Shown here in pieces: positions 37,452 to 49,326 of a DNA stretch of 64,000 nucleotides; within the stretch, counting starts at the first letter, position 1; each line of letters opens with the position of its first letter. The notes below the pieces were generated by a model. The model worked only from the letters and a program-made list of their open reading frames with translations, made no database searches and was not told the DNA's origin. This DNA comes from Callorhinchus milii (lineage: Eukaryota). A program made the position numbers and the translations under genes. The stretch spans positions 105,588,001 to 105,652,000 of the forward strand of contig NW_024704742.1 of assembly GCF_018977255.1 (NCBI RefSeq). The letters are read 5' to 3'.

Positions 37452-38944
37452 TAGGAACATAGGAATTAGGAGCAGGAGTAAGCCATTCGATTCCTAAAGT
37501 CTGCCCCTCAATTCAATAAGATCATGGCTGATCTTCTAACCTAACTCCATCTGCCCACCTTATCCCCATATCCCTTAATCCCTCTATCCTTTAGAAATCT
37601 ATCAATCTCAGTGTTGAATATGTTCAAGGACTGAGCATCAGCAGCCTTCTGGGGTAGAGAATTCCATAAATTCACTACCCTCTGAATGAAGAAGTGTTTC
37701 CCTCAACTCTGTTCAAAAAGGCTGACCCTTAATCTTAAAACTGTGACCCTAAATCTAGATTCTCCTACCAGGGGAATCAGTCTCGCACTGTCTACCCTGT
37801 CAAGCCCCATGAGAATCTTATATATTTCTATAAGATTACCCCTAATTCTTCTATATTCTAGGGAATATAGGCCTAGTTTACTCAACCTATCCTCATAGGT
37901 CAACCCCCTCACCCCAGGAATTAAACTTGTGAATCTACGCTGCACCCCCGCTAAGGCGAGTATGTCCTTTCTTAAATAAGGAGACCAAAACTGCACACAA
38001 TATTCTAGGTGCAGTCTCACCAAGACCCTATACAGTTGCAGAAAAACCCCTTTGCAATAAACATCAACATGCCATTAGCCTTCCAAATTGCTTGCTGTAC
38101 CTGCATACTAACTTTTTGTGACTGATGTACAAGGACACCCAAATCCCTCTAAACACTAACACTATCTTGTCTCTCCCCTTCTAGAAAATAATCTGCTTTT
38201 CTGTTTTTACTACCTATGTGAATAACTTCACACTTCCCATGATATTCTATCTGACACCTTCTTGCCCACTCACCTAGCCTATCTATATCCCTTTGCAATC
38301 TTTTTGTGTCATCCTCAGAGTTTACTCTCCCACCTAGCTTAGTGTCATTCGCGAATTTAGATATTTTGAGTTCTATGTCCTCATCTAGATCATTGATATA
38401 GCTGGTAAATAGTTGAGGCCCAAGCACTGATCCTGTGGCACTCCACTAGTCACATCTTGCCAATCTGAGAAGGACCTGTTTATCTCTACTCTCTGTTTTC
38501 TTCCCATTAGCCACTCTTCGATCCATGCTAATATATTGCCTTTAATTCCATGGGCCCTAATCTTGTGTAGCAGCCTTTTATGTGGCACCTTATCGAATGC
38601 CTTCTGAAAATCTAAATACACTACATCTACTGGTTCCCCCCTATTTAACTTGCTAGTTACATCCTCAAACAACTCTAAAAGATTTGTTAAGCATGACTTC
38701 CCTTTTGCAAAGCCATGTTGGCTCTGCCTAATCATGTTATGATCCTCTAAGTGTCCCACTACGATGTTCCTAATTAAGGATTTTAGAATTCTCCCTACCA
38801 CCGATATCAGACTGACTGGTCTATAGGTCCCCATCTTCTCTCTCCCACCCTTCTTAAATAATGTTGTTACGTTTGTGAGCTTCCAATCAAATGGGAACCG
38901 TTCCAGAATCCAGAGAATTTTGGAAGATCAAAAACAAGGCATCA
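37452..38944 (-). mobile_element. CR1 LINE, 5'-truncated, disrupted reverse transcriptase
   Basis: VDVVYLDFQKAFDKVPHKRLL..VTSGVPQ; KFANDTKLGG; (TTCCTATG) tail. Confidence 0.95.
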
Positions 38945-39169
38945 GAAACATTTTGCATTGGAAAATACATCCTTTTGGGTCATGTGCCCCCATTACGCCT
39001 GACTGAATGCAAGAGTCAGGGTGGTGTCTCAGAGCAATAGTAGGGAGAATTGTTCCTGTGCAGAGCAAACTCTTCAGAAGCATTTCCTTGTGCACACAGG
39101 AATTACTGTGTTATTAGGGAATTGTGCTATGGTTAAATAATATTTAGAAAGCTAGATTGATTCCTGGAG

Positions 39170-40605
39170 TTAAAAAAGGTGGAAAGGAAAAGCTGGGGAA
39201 CTATAGGCCAGTTAGTCTCACACCAGTGATAGGAAAATTTTTAGAATTGTTGATTAAGGATGTTGTAGTGCGGTATTTAGGGGAGCACAATATAATTGGC
39301 CAAGTCAACATGGCTTTACAAAAGGGAAGTCATGTTTGACAAATCTCATAAAGTTTTTTGAGGATATTTCCAGTAAACTAGATAAGGGTGAATCAGTGGA
39401 TGTGGTCTATTTGGACTTCCAGAAGGCATTCGATAAGGTGCCGCATAAAAGGTTAATCCAAAAGATAAGGGCCCATGGAATTGGGGGGAGCATATTAACA
39501 TGGATTGGGGAATGGTTAACGGGTAGGAAACAAAGAGTAGGGATAAACTGGTCCTTTTCAGATTGGCGGGATGTGACTAGTGGAGTGCCACAAGGATCAG
39601 TCCTTGGGCCTCAGCTATTTACCATCTACATCAACGATCTAGATGAGGACATCGAAGTTAATATATCTAAATTCGCGGATGACACAAAACTAGGAGGAAG
39701 TGTCAATACAGAGGATGACATTAAAAAAATGCAGCGAGACATAGATAGGTTAGGTGATTGGGCAGGTAGATGGCAGATGAAGTATAATGTAGGGAAGTGC
39801 GAAGTCATCCACCTAGGTAGCAAAAATAGTAGAGCGGGTTATTTTTTAGAAGGGGAGAGATTGGAATGTGTTAGCGTCCAGAGGGACTTGGGTGTCCTTG
39901 TACACCAATCACAGAAAGTTAGTCTGCAGGGCAGCAGCAATTAGGAAGGCGAACGGTATGTTAGCATTCATTATGAAAGGATTAGAGCATAAGAGTAGGG
40001 AAGTCTTGCTGCAACTGTATAGGGCCCTGGTGAGACCACACCTGGAATACTGTGTCCAGTTTTGGTCTCCTCATTTAAGGAAGGATGTACTTGCCTTGGA
40101 GGGGTTGCAGCGTAGATTTATTAGGTTAGTACCAGGGATGAAGGGGATGAGTTACGAGGATAGGCTGACCAATTTGGGCCTATATTCTCTAAAATATAGA
40201 AGAATTAGAGTGGATCTTTCTTATAGAAATCTATAAGATCATCAAAGGGCATGATAGAGTAGATAGTGGGAGATTGTTTCCCCTGGTTGGAGAAACTAAA
40301 ACCAGGGGTCACAACCTTAAAATCAGAGGCCAGCCCTTTCGCACTGAGTTGAGGAAGAACTTCTTCATTCAAAGGGTGGTGAATGTATGGAACTCACTAC
40401 CCCAAAGGGCTGTTGACGCTCAGTCCTTGAACATATTCAAGATTGAGATAGATAGATTTCTTATTGCAAAAGGGATTAAGGGATATGGGGATAAGGCAGG
40501 GTCAGGTTATTAGCTGGAGTTAGATTAGAAGATCAGCCATGATTTGGGGCAGGCTCGAAGGGCCGAATGGCCTACTCCTGCTCCTACATGTTATGTTATG
40601 TTATG
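39170..40605 (+). mobile_element. CR1 LINE, 5'-truncated, frameshifted reverse transcriptase
   Basis: GVPQGSVLGPQLFTIYINDL..SKFADDTKLGG; (TTATG)n tail. Confidence 0.95.
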
Positions 40606-40664
40606 AGTATAGAAGACTTTAGGAAGTTGAAAAAAATCTGACAGTATTATCTTGTATTATTACT

Positions 40665-41030
40665 TTGGCTCAGATACTTGGTAACACCTCACCTCTGACC
40701 CAAAAGGTTCAATCTCGCCTCAGGACCCGAGGTCATAGTCTAGCTCAGTGCAATAGTGAAGAAATGCTGTGTTGTCAGAGGTGCCATCTTTTAGATGAGA
40801 CATTAAGCTGAATTGCTGCCTATCTGTTAAGGTTTACTGTAAGTACCCCATAGCGCTATTTAAAAGAGAAATGTGTTACTCTTGTTGTCCTAGTGAACAA
40901 TCCTCCAGTGAAATTGGTCATTCACTTACTAGCTGTTTGCAGGATGCTGCTGCAATAAATGGCTATTGCCCACAAAATCTGGCATTGCACTGGACAGTAC
41001 ACTCTTGTGAAGCACTTTGAGGCATTTCAA
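40665..41030 (+). mobile_element. Degenerate Deu-type SINE, near full length
   Basis: Head ttggctcag..ggttcaatc; core gtcagaggtgccatcttttagatgagacattaa. Confidence 0.7.
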
Positions 41031-41238
41031 TACAACTTGTTATAAAGAGTAAAGTTCCTTCTTCCTTGTTGGAAGGTCTACTTGTATTTAAATCACCTGT
41101 CACAGGATATCAAGGGCTTGGATTACTCTTACTGCATCATGTAGCAACTTTCGTAATCCGGATTTATAATGGGAAAAAATCACTTTTAAAACACGTATTG
41201 TTAATGCTACTTACTTTATCATCAAGAGGAATTTCTTC

Positions 41239-41665
41239 ATAATAATAATCCTTGCATTTGCTCTAGTGCCTTTCACATCGGGAGGATGTCCAAAGTGCCT
41301 CACAGGATTTACTGTGAAGTGCAGTGACTGTATTTGTGATTAAATGTGGCAGCCGATTTGTGCACACCAATGACAACAAACAGCTATGAAGTGAATGACC
41401 AATTTTATTTGAGAGATTGTTGCCGGAACACCGGCAGAAACTCTCTTTTCTTTTCGAATAGCGCCATGGGAATTTAATCGTCCTCCTGAACAGGCAGACA
41501 GGACCTTGGTTTAAGGTATCATCTAAAGGACGACACCTCCAACAATGCAACTTCCTACTCCACCTTAGCACAATTTTGTAGTGTCAGCTTAAACTATGTG
41601 AGTCCAAGTCCCAGCCCACAACCCTTTGACTCAGAGATGAGAGTACCACGACTGAGCCAGACTGA
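41239..41665 (-). mobile_element. Deu-type SINE, full length
   Basis: Reverse complement of head, core and (ATT)n tail. Confidence 0.82.
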
Positions 41666-42574
41666 TGCAAGTGATGGTCAGAGACACAATCAGTAGCAGA
41701 ATCTTGCCCAAACTTAACATTGGTTGAAGTCTACAGTGGGATAAATGGTACAGCAGGTTATTAGAACCTCATCTTTTTCCCAGTTTTTCTTCTCAAACCA
41801 CATTCTCTTATGTTCGTGGAGGTGATGAGAACAGTATTGCTTTTGGCATCAATGGTAATTGGAACAGAGCTGCTGCTTCAAAGAAAATATTTTGGTCTCT
41901 TAGTGAAGTGGAGCTATTTCTCTGGCCCACATGCAGCACTGTTCTGATATGAATTGCATCTCGAAGAAGTAGAGCAAAGAACTGTATGTAGAGTGAGACG
42001 TAACTTATTATTTTGGTCAGATTTAGATGTTGCCCTGTTGAGTAATATTGCTGGAAACTGCATGAGACGTACCCTGTTATGGTGAGCCTCCAAAAGACTA
42101 ACTAATAATATGGTGCATGTGCATGTCATAAATTCTGCTTACCAGCCCACTCATTGAACAAAACATAGCCTGGCGATGCTCTCATAACAGCCACTGGTTA
42201 CTCTGATGTCTCAGGAACCTTTATGTTTGCAGTTACTTTGATGTATAAAATGTAACTTTTTTATTAACATTTTGGTCTTGTCTTTTTCTCCTCCTCTCAT
42301 TGTATTGTTCTCCACTTCTGAATGCCCTGAGTCATACTGAAGTACAATTACATGTGTACCAGTCTCCAAAGAGTTATTATTCGTGGCTGAGCTAACGCAG
42401 TGCATCTCGGCAGGCTAATCGACAGATGGGGGCGTACCAGACAACTTCTATTCTGTCCTTACTCAACATCCTTGCACACAAACTTTCCAGAAGGGGGTCA
42501 TTGGATAATGATAAGGAGCTGCAACCCTGGCTGATCATTTTTCCTTTCCCTATCAAAGCAGAGCCGGTGCCAGT

Positions 42575-42852
42575 TATAATAATAATAACAATCCTTGCAT
42601 TTAATATAGCACCTTATCACATCGTTGAGGCATCTCAAAGCATTCACAGAATATACTGTAAAGTGAATTGACTGTCTATTTTGAGGGCAACACGCGGCAG
42701 CCAATTGCGCACAGCAGTGTCCCACAAACAGTTGTAGAGTGAGTGACCAAATTATTACTATTATTTTTTAAGGGATTATTATCCCCGTAAAACGATTCAT
42801 CAATCGACTTAACCAGGTTCCTACTTACTGCCAGGTAAACAGAGGCGTGTGG
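42575..42852 (-). mobile_element. SINE, insert-bearing subfamily, headless
   Basis: Contains the extra ~65-bp segment also seen at 45163-45235 and 53041-53108. Confidence 0.8.
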
Positions 42853-42889
42853 AGCAACCGTGCCCCCAGTTCTGTGCAGTGTAGAACCA

Positions 42890-43225
42890 GATAAATTTAT
42901 AGTGCAGGAGAACCCATTCAGTCACCATGCTTGTGCTAGATCTTTGAAAGAGCTATCCATTCAGTCACATTCCTCTGCATTTTCCCCAGACCATTTTATA
43001 TTCTCATCCATTTATCAAATTCCCTTTTGAATACAAATATGGACCTTGACTCCAGACATGGCAGTCTACATCCTAACAACTCTGTGGGTAAAAAAATGTT
43101 CTTTTGTTTATAACCTTAAATTGATTCCCTCTGTTTATTAACTCACTGACTAATTTGGAGGTGCAATACATTTGGCAACTTGGAAATAATTCCACTAGCA
43201 CATTCATCTCTTTCTCTCTATTGGA
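42890..43225 (-). mobile_element. Old CR1 3' fragment
   Basis: ccattcagtcaccatgcttgtgcta..acaactctgtgggtaaaaaaatg..accttaaattgattccctct. Confidence 0.6.
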
Positions 43226-43269
43226 TGTCAACAACCAACTCGTGACTATCCTACTTGGGTGGGGGTGGG

Positions 43270-43730
43270 GGGAGTAAGTGGGGTCTCCTTGGAGCTGCTG
43301 AACTGGCTCCAAGGCGACATGCCTGGCAATGGAATGGTGGAATTGAGCCAGCCCTCTGTGGTGGTCTTGGTAGTCCAGTTCCTAAACCAGGTGGGTCCGC
43401 AGTATTCCAGGGCACTGCTGGCTCATTGACAAGACCTGGAAGAGAAGACTAGTCACTGGGGCAGGGAATCATCCCACTCAGCTCCTGTTACCCTGCAACC
43501 CAAAGCCCTAACTCGTCGGGAGGTCCTAGCTGGACAAGCAGCAGGAAAGCTGGCCATATCAATGGCAAACTATGCGGTTTTAGCTGGTTAGACTACGGCA
43601 GTGCTCAAACACACACACTGGGGTCCCCAAGCCTTGGCTCTTGCCAACCTGTGCCTAATACTTTCCGGACTTAGGTAAGCAGGATGCGTCCCTCCAGGGA
43701 GAGAGTGGCATTCCATTCCAACAGTCTACC
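43270..43730 (+). repeat. Unclassified dispersed repeat, most complete copy
   Basis: Homologous pieces at ~1575-1695 (-), 12895-13560 (+), 20945-21067 (-) and 50335-50430 (+). Confidence 0.7.
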
Positions 43731-44672
43731 TCTGGGATTTCCATGTGTAGGTGGGATGCATGGAAATCTCAGCTTGGTTTGTGTATTCTTAAGTATGGTG
43801 ATGGGTTTCTGTATGTGTCAGACACCCGGCTGACAAACAAAACAAAAAAAAAATCCATATGGGCAAGCAGCTTGCCACCACTCAGCAAAGAGAAAGTAAA
43901 CCTAGAGCTATACTTTCACATACATCAAGCCATCAGGACAGTGGGGCACAAGTTCAAGGTAGCCAAGGGCAAGTTTAGGATAGGCAATGAGAAGTGTATC
44001 TTTCCGCAGAAGTTAATCAACTGTTTGAAAGGGTTACAGGAAAGGTGGTTGAGGCCAGAACAATGCAGTCATTTGAGATACAGCTTGATGCTGTAATGGG
44101 TATTCTGGAGGGATGAAAGGGCTTTCTTCATCCGAACTTCTCTTGTGAACTTCTCATCAAAGCAGAGGTGATATCGGAAGCTCAGTATTTGGGTCGCACC
44201 ACTCACTAACGTGAGCTGTATCTCACAACCTAAGAGCACAGGGGCCTGACACGGGCTATCAAATGTGGATGATGTACTCACAGCACTAATGGCTTTCACT
44301 TTGATGAGCACAATCACAACTTTCATTTATACATCACCCTTCCTGTAGGATAATTTCTCTGAGCACAAAAAATCACCGAAGGATCCAGAATTCTAATTTA
44401 TTCATTTACCCTTCCTCTATGTTACAGATAGGAACATATTAGAATCATTACATGGGGGAAGTCTAAAAGGTTACATAACCCTGTCACGTCAAATTTATCT
44501 TTTAAACTCATAAACTCGCACAGCTAAAAGGTCATTGCTGAAGCCTTCCAAGCAAGAACTGCAAGATCTGGTGAAACAAACACAAGTCAGCTCAAAGCTT
44601 TATGAATAGTTAAGAAGGGCATCATTTGATTTTTCCACATAAGTCCAATGCTGAGATAAGTGGGCGAAAGAA

Positions 44673-44898
44673 GGGAGAAATTCCACAAGGGTCTAGACTT
44701 ATTCTATTAACATAGCAATTTAGGCCATGCAGAAGTTGACAAGTTGTTGAATTCAGTCTTAACTTTGAAGTCATTTTTCTGTAGTTCTTAAAACTACCTG
44801 TTTTGAAATTAAGGCTGTATTTAAGAATTGACCAAATTCTGGACGTTCTGAAAATCTTCGCTAATAGAGTAAATCTAGACCCAGGTGGAATTTCTCCC
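44673..44898. mobile_element. Palindromic MITE-like (foldback) element
   Basis: 38-bp terminal inverted repeats (44673-44710 and 44861-44898; 33/38 match by hand count); internal arms are also complementary; second copy at 53337. Confidence 0.8.
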
Positions 44899-45099
44899 CA
44901 GCAGTCTAGAAGAGGAAACATTGGAGTTGAATCAGCCTGCAAATTGAGTAACCGATCTTTTCTGCTGGTAATTTACGAATCGTCCCTCTGACTCATAAGA
45001 CCTCAGCACCAAGCCACTTGTTATTGCTTGTTGGGCTGTTCAAGCGCTTTTCAATCCTATTATCATGAGAAGGGGGTGGGGTACTGCCTCATCTCCGCA

Positions 45100-45434
45100 G
45101 TGGAGTCCTGCAGCTCAGTGGTTACAGCACTCGCCTCACAAGCGAGAGACCTGGGTTTACTTTCTCTGTTTACTTAGCAGTAAGTAGGAACCTGATTGCT
45201 AGTCGATTGGTGGATCGCTTTTCCAGGGGTGATAATTCCTTCAAAAAGAATCCCCCAAAAATTGGTCACTCAATCCACGACTGTTTATGGGACACTGCTG
45301 TGCGCAATTGGCTGCAGTGTTTCGCCCACACAAAATACAGTCAATTCATTTTACAGTATACTGTGTGAAGCGCTTTGAGACGTCTCAGTGATGTGATAAG
45401 GTGCTATATCAAATGCAAGGATTTTTTTTTATTT
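45100..45434 (+). mobile_element. tRNA-derived SINE, insert-bearing subfamily
   Basis: Head GTGGAGTCCTGCAGCTCAGTGG, extra internal segment and shared 3' end. Confidence 0.88.
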
Positions 45435-45455
45435 CGGTCTACTCTCCACAGGGGA

Positions 45456-45770
45456 TGCTCCACATCCCCCGCCCCAACTGCCCTACCATCGATGGCCGGG
45501 CCTTCAACCTCTCAGGCCCTAGGCTCTGGAACTCTATCCCCCAGTGCCTTCGCCGCCTCCTCCCTTTCCTCCTTCAAGGCCGGTCTCAAGACCTTTCTCT
45601 TTGACCATGCCTTCAGCTCCCCTCTCGACTCTCTACCCCCTCCTCGCTCCCTCCCTTCCCTCCCTCACCCTGACCATTTCCCCCCTGCTCGGGTCCTGAC
45701 CCAACTGTACAGCGCCTTGGGACATCCTCCCGACGTGAAAGGCGCTCTATAAATGGAATCTTGTTGTTGT
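45456..45770 (+). mobile_element. L2 LINE 3' end (young subfamily)
   Basis: GRAF..RLWNSIP..FKAGLKTFLFDHAF; tail ggaatcttgttgttgt. Confidence 0.88.
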
Positions 45771-47024
45771 AAAAAGGAGGGCAAGGCGAGGAATACTGAG
45801 TTTTCAGAAAATTTTGTGGGGACTTTAAGCATCACTCAGGAGGCAGCTCGCTCACACTTATGATTTATGAGTAATTGCTTTTTAAAAAGATTGCAGTTGC
45901 AGTTTTCTTGAGTATTTTATGTTCTCCTGACTGTTTATTCTCTTCCATTCTCTCCTCCAATGTTGCTGTTCTCCTCAGGACATGCAAGGCTCTGTTGATG
46001 ACTGACAGGTACCCAGCTTCCTGAATTCCCTGTGGGAGCAAATGCTGACATGAGCTTGCATCTATCCAAGCCAGACAGCACCTGATCACCGTGGTCCCAC
46101 TCACCCACATCCCCCCCCGCCCCGCCCCCCCATACTTGTGTCACCGTATTCTCAATCTCTCTGTATCCACCGAGTCTATTATCAAGCATTCCGTTAAGTT
46201 ACCCCTCGTGAAAGATGCCATATAAATGCAAGTTGTTGTTGTAGTAACAAAAGTATTATTACTTTCATAATATTATTTTATAGTACGTATTATCAAAAGC
46301 CTGAGAGTTAGTTAAAAAAAATTCATATTGGAAATTTGAAAGAAAAATAGAACATGCTGGTAAAGAAGAGCTGTCCATTCAGTACCTGATGGTAGGATAC
46401 CACCGTGGATGCGACTGTTCCCGTTTTATTCCTGAAATTATTTTTAGAACATGTTGTCATGGGCCAGGGGCACAGCGGAACCAAACCAAGAGGACAGAAA
46501 AGTAAATGCAACTGTTTCATGCACTTGTATCTATTTTTCTCTTTATAAAATACAGCACATCAACATGTCATGGAGGCTCGTCAAAGTGCTTCAAAGGACT
46601 TTCGTGTGAAGTGTAGTGACTGTGACTGCATTTATAGGCTACAGAGAAATGTTAGGCTATATAGAAATTTAAAATGACAATATTTTAATACACCTGTATT
46701 TGGCTAGACAGCTAGATGCTTTACGCAAATTGAGTTTGCTGCTTCAGCTTTAGTTCTTGTTCTTTTCCCCCATAATGGTTTTCACTTGGGGGAAGAGAGA
46801 AGTCAAAGAGCTCCGTGCAATCACTGAGTGTGAATTGAGTCCCTTGCCTGCTGTGCTCCTCAGTGGCAACTCTCTCCCATTGTTATAAACAGAGCATTTA
46901 TTTTTCCCAAATGCTTTTTGAAATGTAACCAGGCAACAGTGAGGCCTGGGTAATTAACCCTCTTACACTGACCGTGACTGTGATGTTTGCTACAAATTGA
47001 CGCTTTTTTTTCCATTTGTTGTAG

Positions 47025-47167
47025 CTCTGATAGCAATTGGACAGTACAGCACAACCATTGAAACAGTGGACGTGGGCTGGTGTAAAGAAATCACAGATAA
47101 GGGAGCAACCCAGATCTCACAGAGCAGCAAGTCCCTCAGGTACCTGGGACTTATGAGGTGTGATAAG
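47025..47167 (+). CDS. FBXL17: FBXL17 (F-box/LRR-repeat protein 17) internal coding exon, penultimate (human exon 8 equivalent), C-terminal LRRs
   Basis: Translation (A)LIAIGQYSTTIETVDVGWCKEITDKGATQISQSSKSLRYLGLMRCDK closely matches the vertebrate FBXL17 C-terminal LRR sequence as I recall it. Acceptor has a TTGAC branch-like motif (46997-47001), a T-rich tract and GTAG|; donor is AAG|GTAAGA. Length 143 nt, phase 1 in and phase 0 out. Confidence 0.93.
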
Positions 47168-47425
47168 GTAAGAAGCTTCACTTTGCCATCTTAATGCTTT
47201 ATTGACTTGTTCAGCAAGTGGCTAGTTCTTGCGATCTCTATTCTGAAGCACTCTCAGCACCCAATGCAGCCTTATAGAGAATGATAACCTTATATCCAAT
47301 TTATTGGACGATCTGGCTGGCATATTGAGGCAACAAATGTATTTGACAACATTTTTTTTAATATTTAAGATTTTTTTCACAGGGGAGAAGAAGATAAAAG
47401 ATGAGGGCCAACTAATTTGGGGGCA

Positions 47426-47580
47426 TAATAATAATCCTTACATTTGACATGCCTTTCACATCAGGAAGTTGTCTCGAAGTCCTTTACATATATACTGAGA
47501 AGCAGAGTGGCAGTGTATTTTGTAGGTAAATATGGCAGCCAATTTGCACACAGTAATGTCTCACAAACAACCGTACAGGG
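47426..47580 (-). mobile_element. Degenerate SINE 3' part
   Basis: (TAA)n-ccttacatttgacat..ggcagccaatttgcacacag. Confidence 0.7.
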
Positions 47581-47707
47581 GAACAATCACTGATCTTTAC
47601 ATAATGGGCTACAGTGGCACAGTCTGTTAGCAGTCGACAACACAGACGCAACCAGAGTATCTATTTAGAATGGCACCAGCCACTCTTCTGGATTTGTGGA
47701 CAACACT

Positions 47708-48105
47708 AGCAGCAGCAGCAACAACAAATTACATGTCTATAGTGCCTTTCACGTCGGGAGGATATCCCAAGGTGCTGGATAGTAAGGGATTTGGACCTGA
47801 GCAGGGGGTTGGGATCAGGGAGGGTGGAGGACAGGGAGGGTAGGGTAGGAAGGTGATCAAAGGTGCGGTTGAAGAGGGGGAATCTTGAGACATGCCTTGA
47901 AGGAGGCAAGGAAAAGAGCGAGGCGCAAGAAATGTGGAAGGAATTCCCAAGGGTGAGGGCAGAGAGGATGAAGGCCCGACCACTGATGGGGGGGGCGGGC
48001 CAGGCGGGAGACATGGAGCAGGCTGGAGCCTGCTGAGCAGAGGGAGCGGACAGGTGGATATGGCGTTAGCAGGTCACAGAGGTAGGAGGAGCAAGGCCGT
48101 GAAGA
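47708..48105 (-). mobile_element. L2 LINE 3' fragment
   Basis: (CAA/CAG)n tail; cctttcacgtcgggaggatatcccaagg end; ISGRAF..L.NS motif. Confidence 0.85.
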
Positions 48106-48900
48106 GGGAAGTCGTGTCAGTGGGCTTACGTTGACAGGTATCCAGAGCAGCTACAAACTCAGTATAAAATCAGCAAAAAGGCAACATTTGAGGCTATCTA
48201 TAAAACTGATTGGACTGTTAAGAAATCAGAATCCCAACTGGGAGCAGCAGGAAATTGAGATCAATATCACAGTTTAAAATTAACTACTCTGCCCGGCTGA
48301 CTGATCAGCAGTACAGCTTGAATTTTTCCAAACATTAATACTACAGATCCTGTTTATCAAAATCATTTTCAGACCCAAATTAAAGTGGTCACGAGTTTGA
48401 GGGATAGAGGGAGGGGGGGAGAAGAAGTTTTATATCAATAGCCTGAGATTACTAAATATTATTCTGGTTATTGTATTCTGACTGTGATAAGTCTGCTTAA
48501 TGATGCATTTTGATTTATGCATCAGTAAATATCCATTGGGAGCTCCACATGGTAAAGATGTGCTGAAGTTAGTCACAGTTTTATTGGGTTGAGATCAGAA
48601 AAGGCTAATGAAACTTCTATTAAGAATGCGCTTGATATGGCCCAGTTTACCCCTTTGTGATCATTACTTGCCTTGCAAATATAGACCATGAGGGAAAGAA
48701 ACAGACATGCAACTTTGTTTAAGAAGATCTTGGGCTGGGTCTCCACATTTAATGAGTAGATAGCCTCACAGTTTCCTTGAGATCACTAGAGGTTTAGTGA
48801 GATTTTTGTTGCATTGAACTTTCCATTTGCTCTATTTTTTAAAAGTGTACTTTCTCATGAAGGTTTAGTTAGTGGGGATGGGAGCGGGTAGCATTTTAGA

Positions 48901-49326
48901 TTATAATAATAATCCTTATATTTGATACAGCTCCTTTCACGTTGAGAAGACATGCCAAAGTGCTTCACAGGATATACTGTGAGGTCTAGCGAATGTGTAT
49001 TTGTAGGCAAATGCGGCAGCCAATTTGCACACAGCAATGTCTCATAAACAGCCATGAAGTGAATGACCAATTTTATTGGGGGATTGTTGGCCAGGACATC
49101 GGGAAAAACTCCCTTCTCTTTTTGAATAGTGCTGTGAAATCTTTAGCGTTCACCTGAACAGGTGGACTTGATTTCAGTTTAACAGCAGTCAAACAATGCA
49201 GCAGATACCCAGCATTGCATTGGAGTGTCAGCTGAGACTATATAAGTTCCATGTCCCAAGTGGGCCTTAAACCCATAATCTTCTGACTCAGAGGTAAGAG
49301 TGCTACCAACTGAGCCAAGCTGACAC
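48901..49326 (-). mobile_element. Deu-type SINE, full length
   Basis: Head gtgtcagcttggctcagttggtagcactcttacctctgagtcaga (A box), core and tail. Confidence 0.85.

Larger units (their letters stand above)
1..47024 (+). other. FBXL17: Inferred FBXL17 intron upstream of the exon
   Basis: The preceding exon (expected to end ...YLVSCKITDY) was not found by eye; FBXL17 is known for very long introns. Confidence 0.7.

Noticed and set aside
39336..39944. 202-aa reverse transcriptase ORF as a functional gene or retron-like system
   Set aside because: It is part of a 5'-truncated, frameshifted CR1 LINE with a typical 3'UTR and tail.
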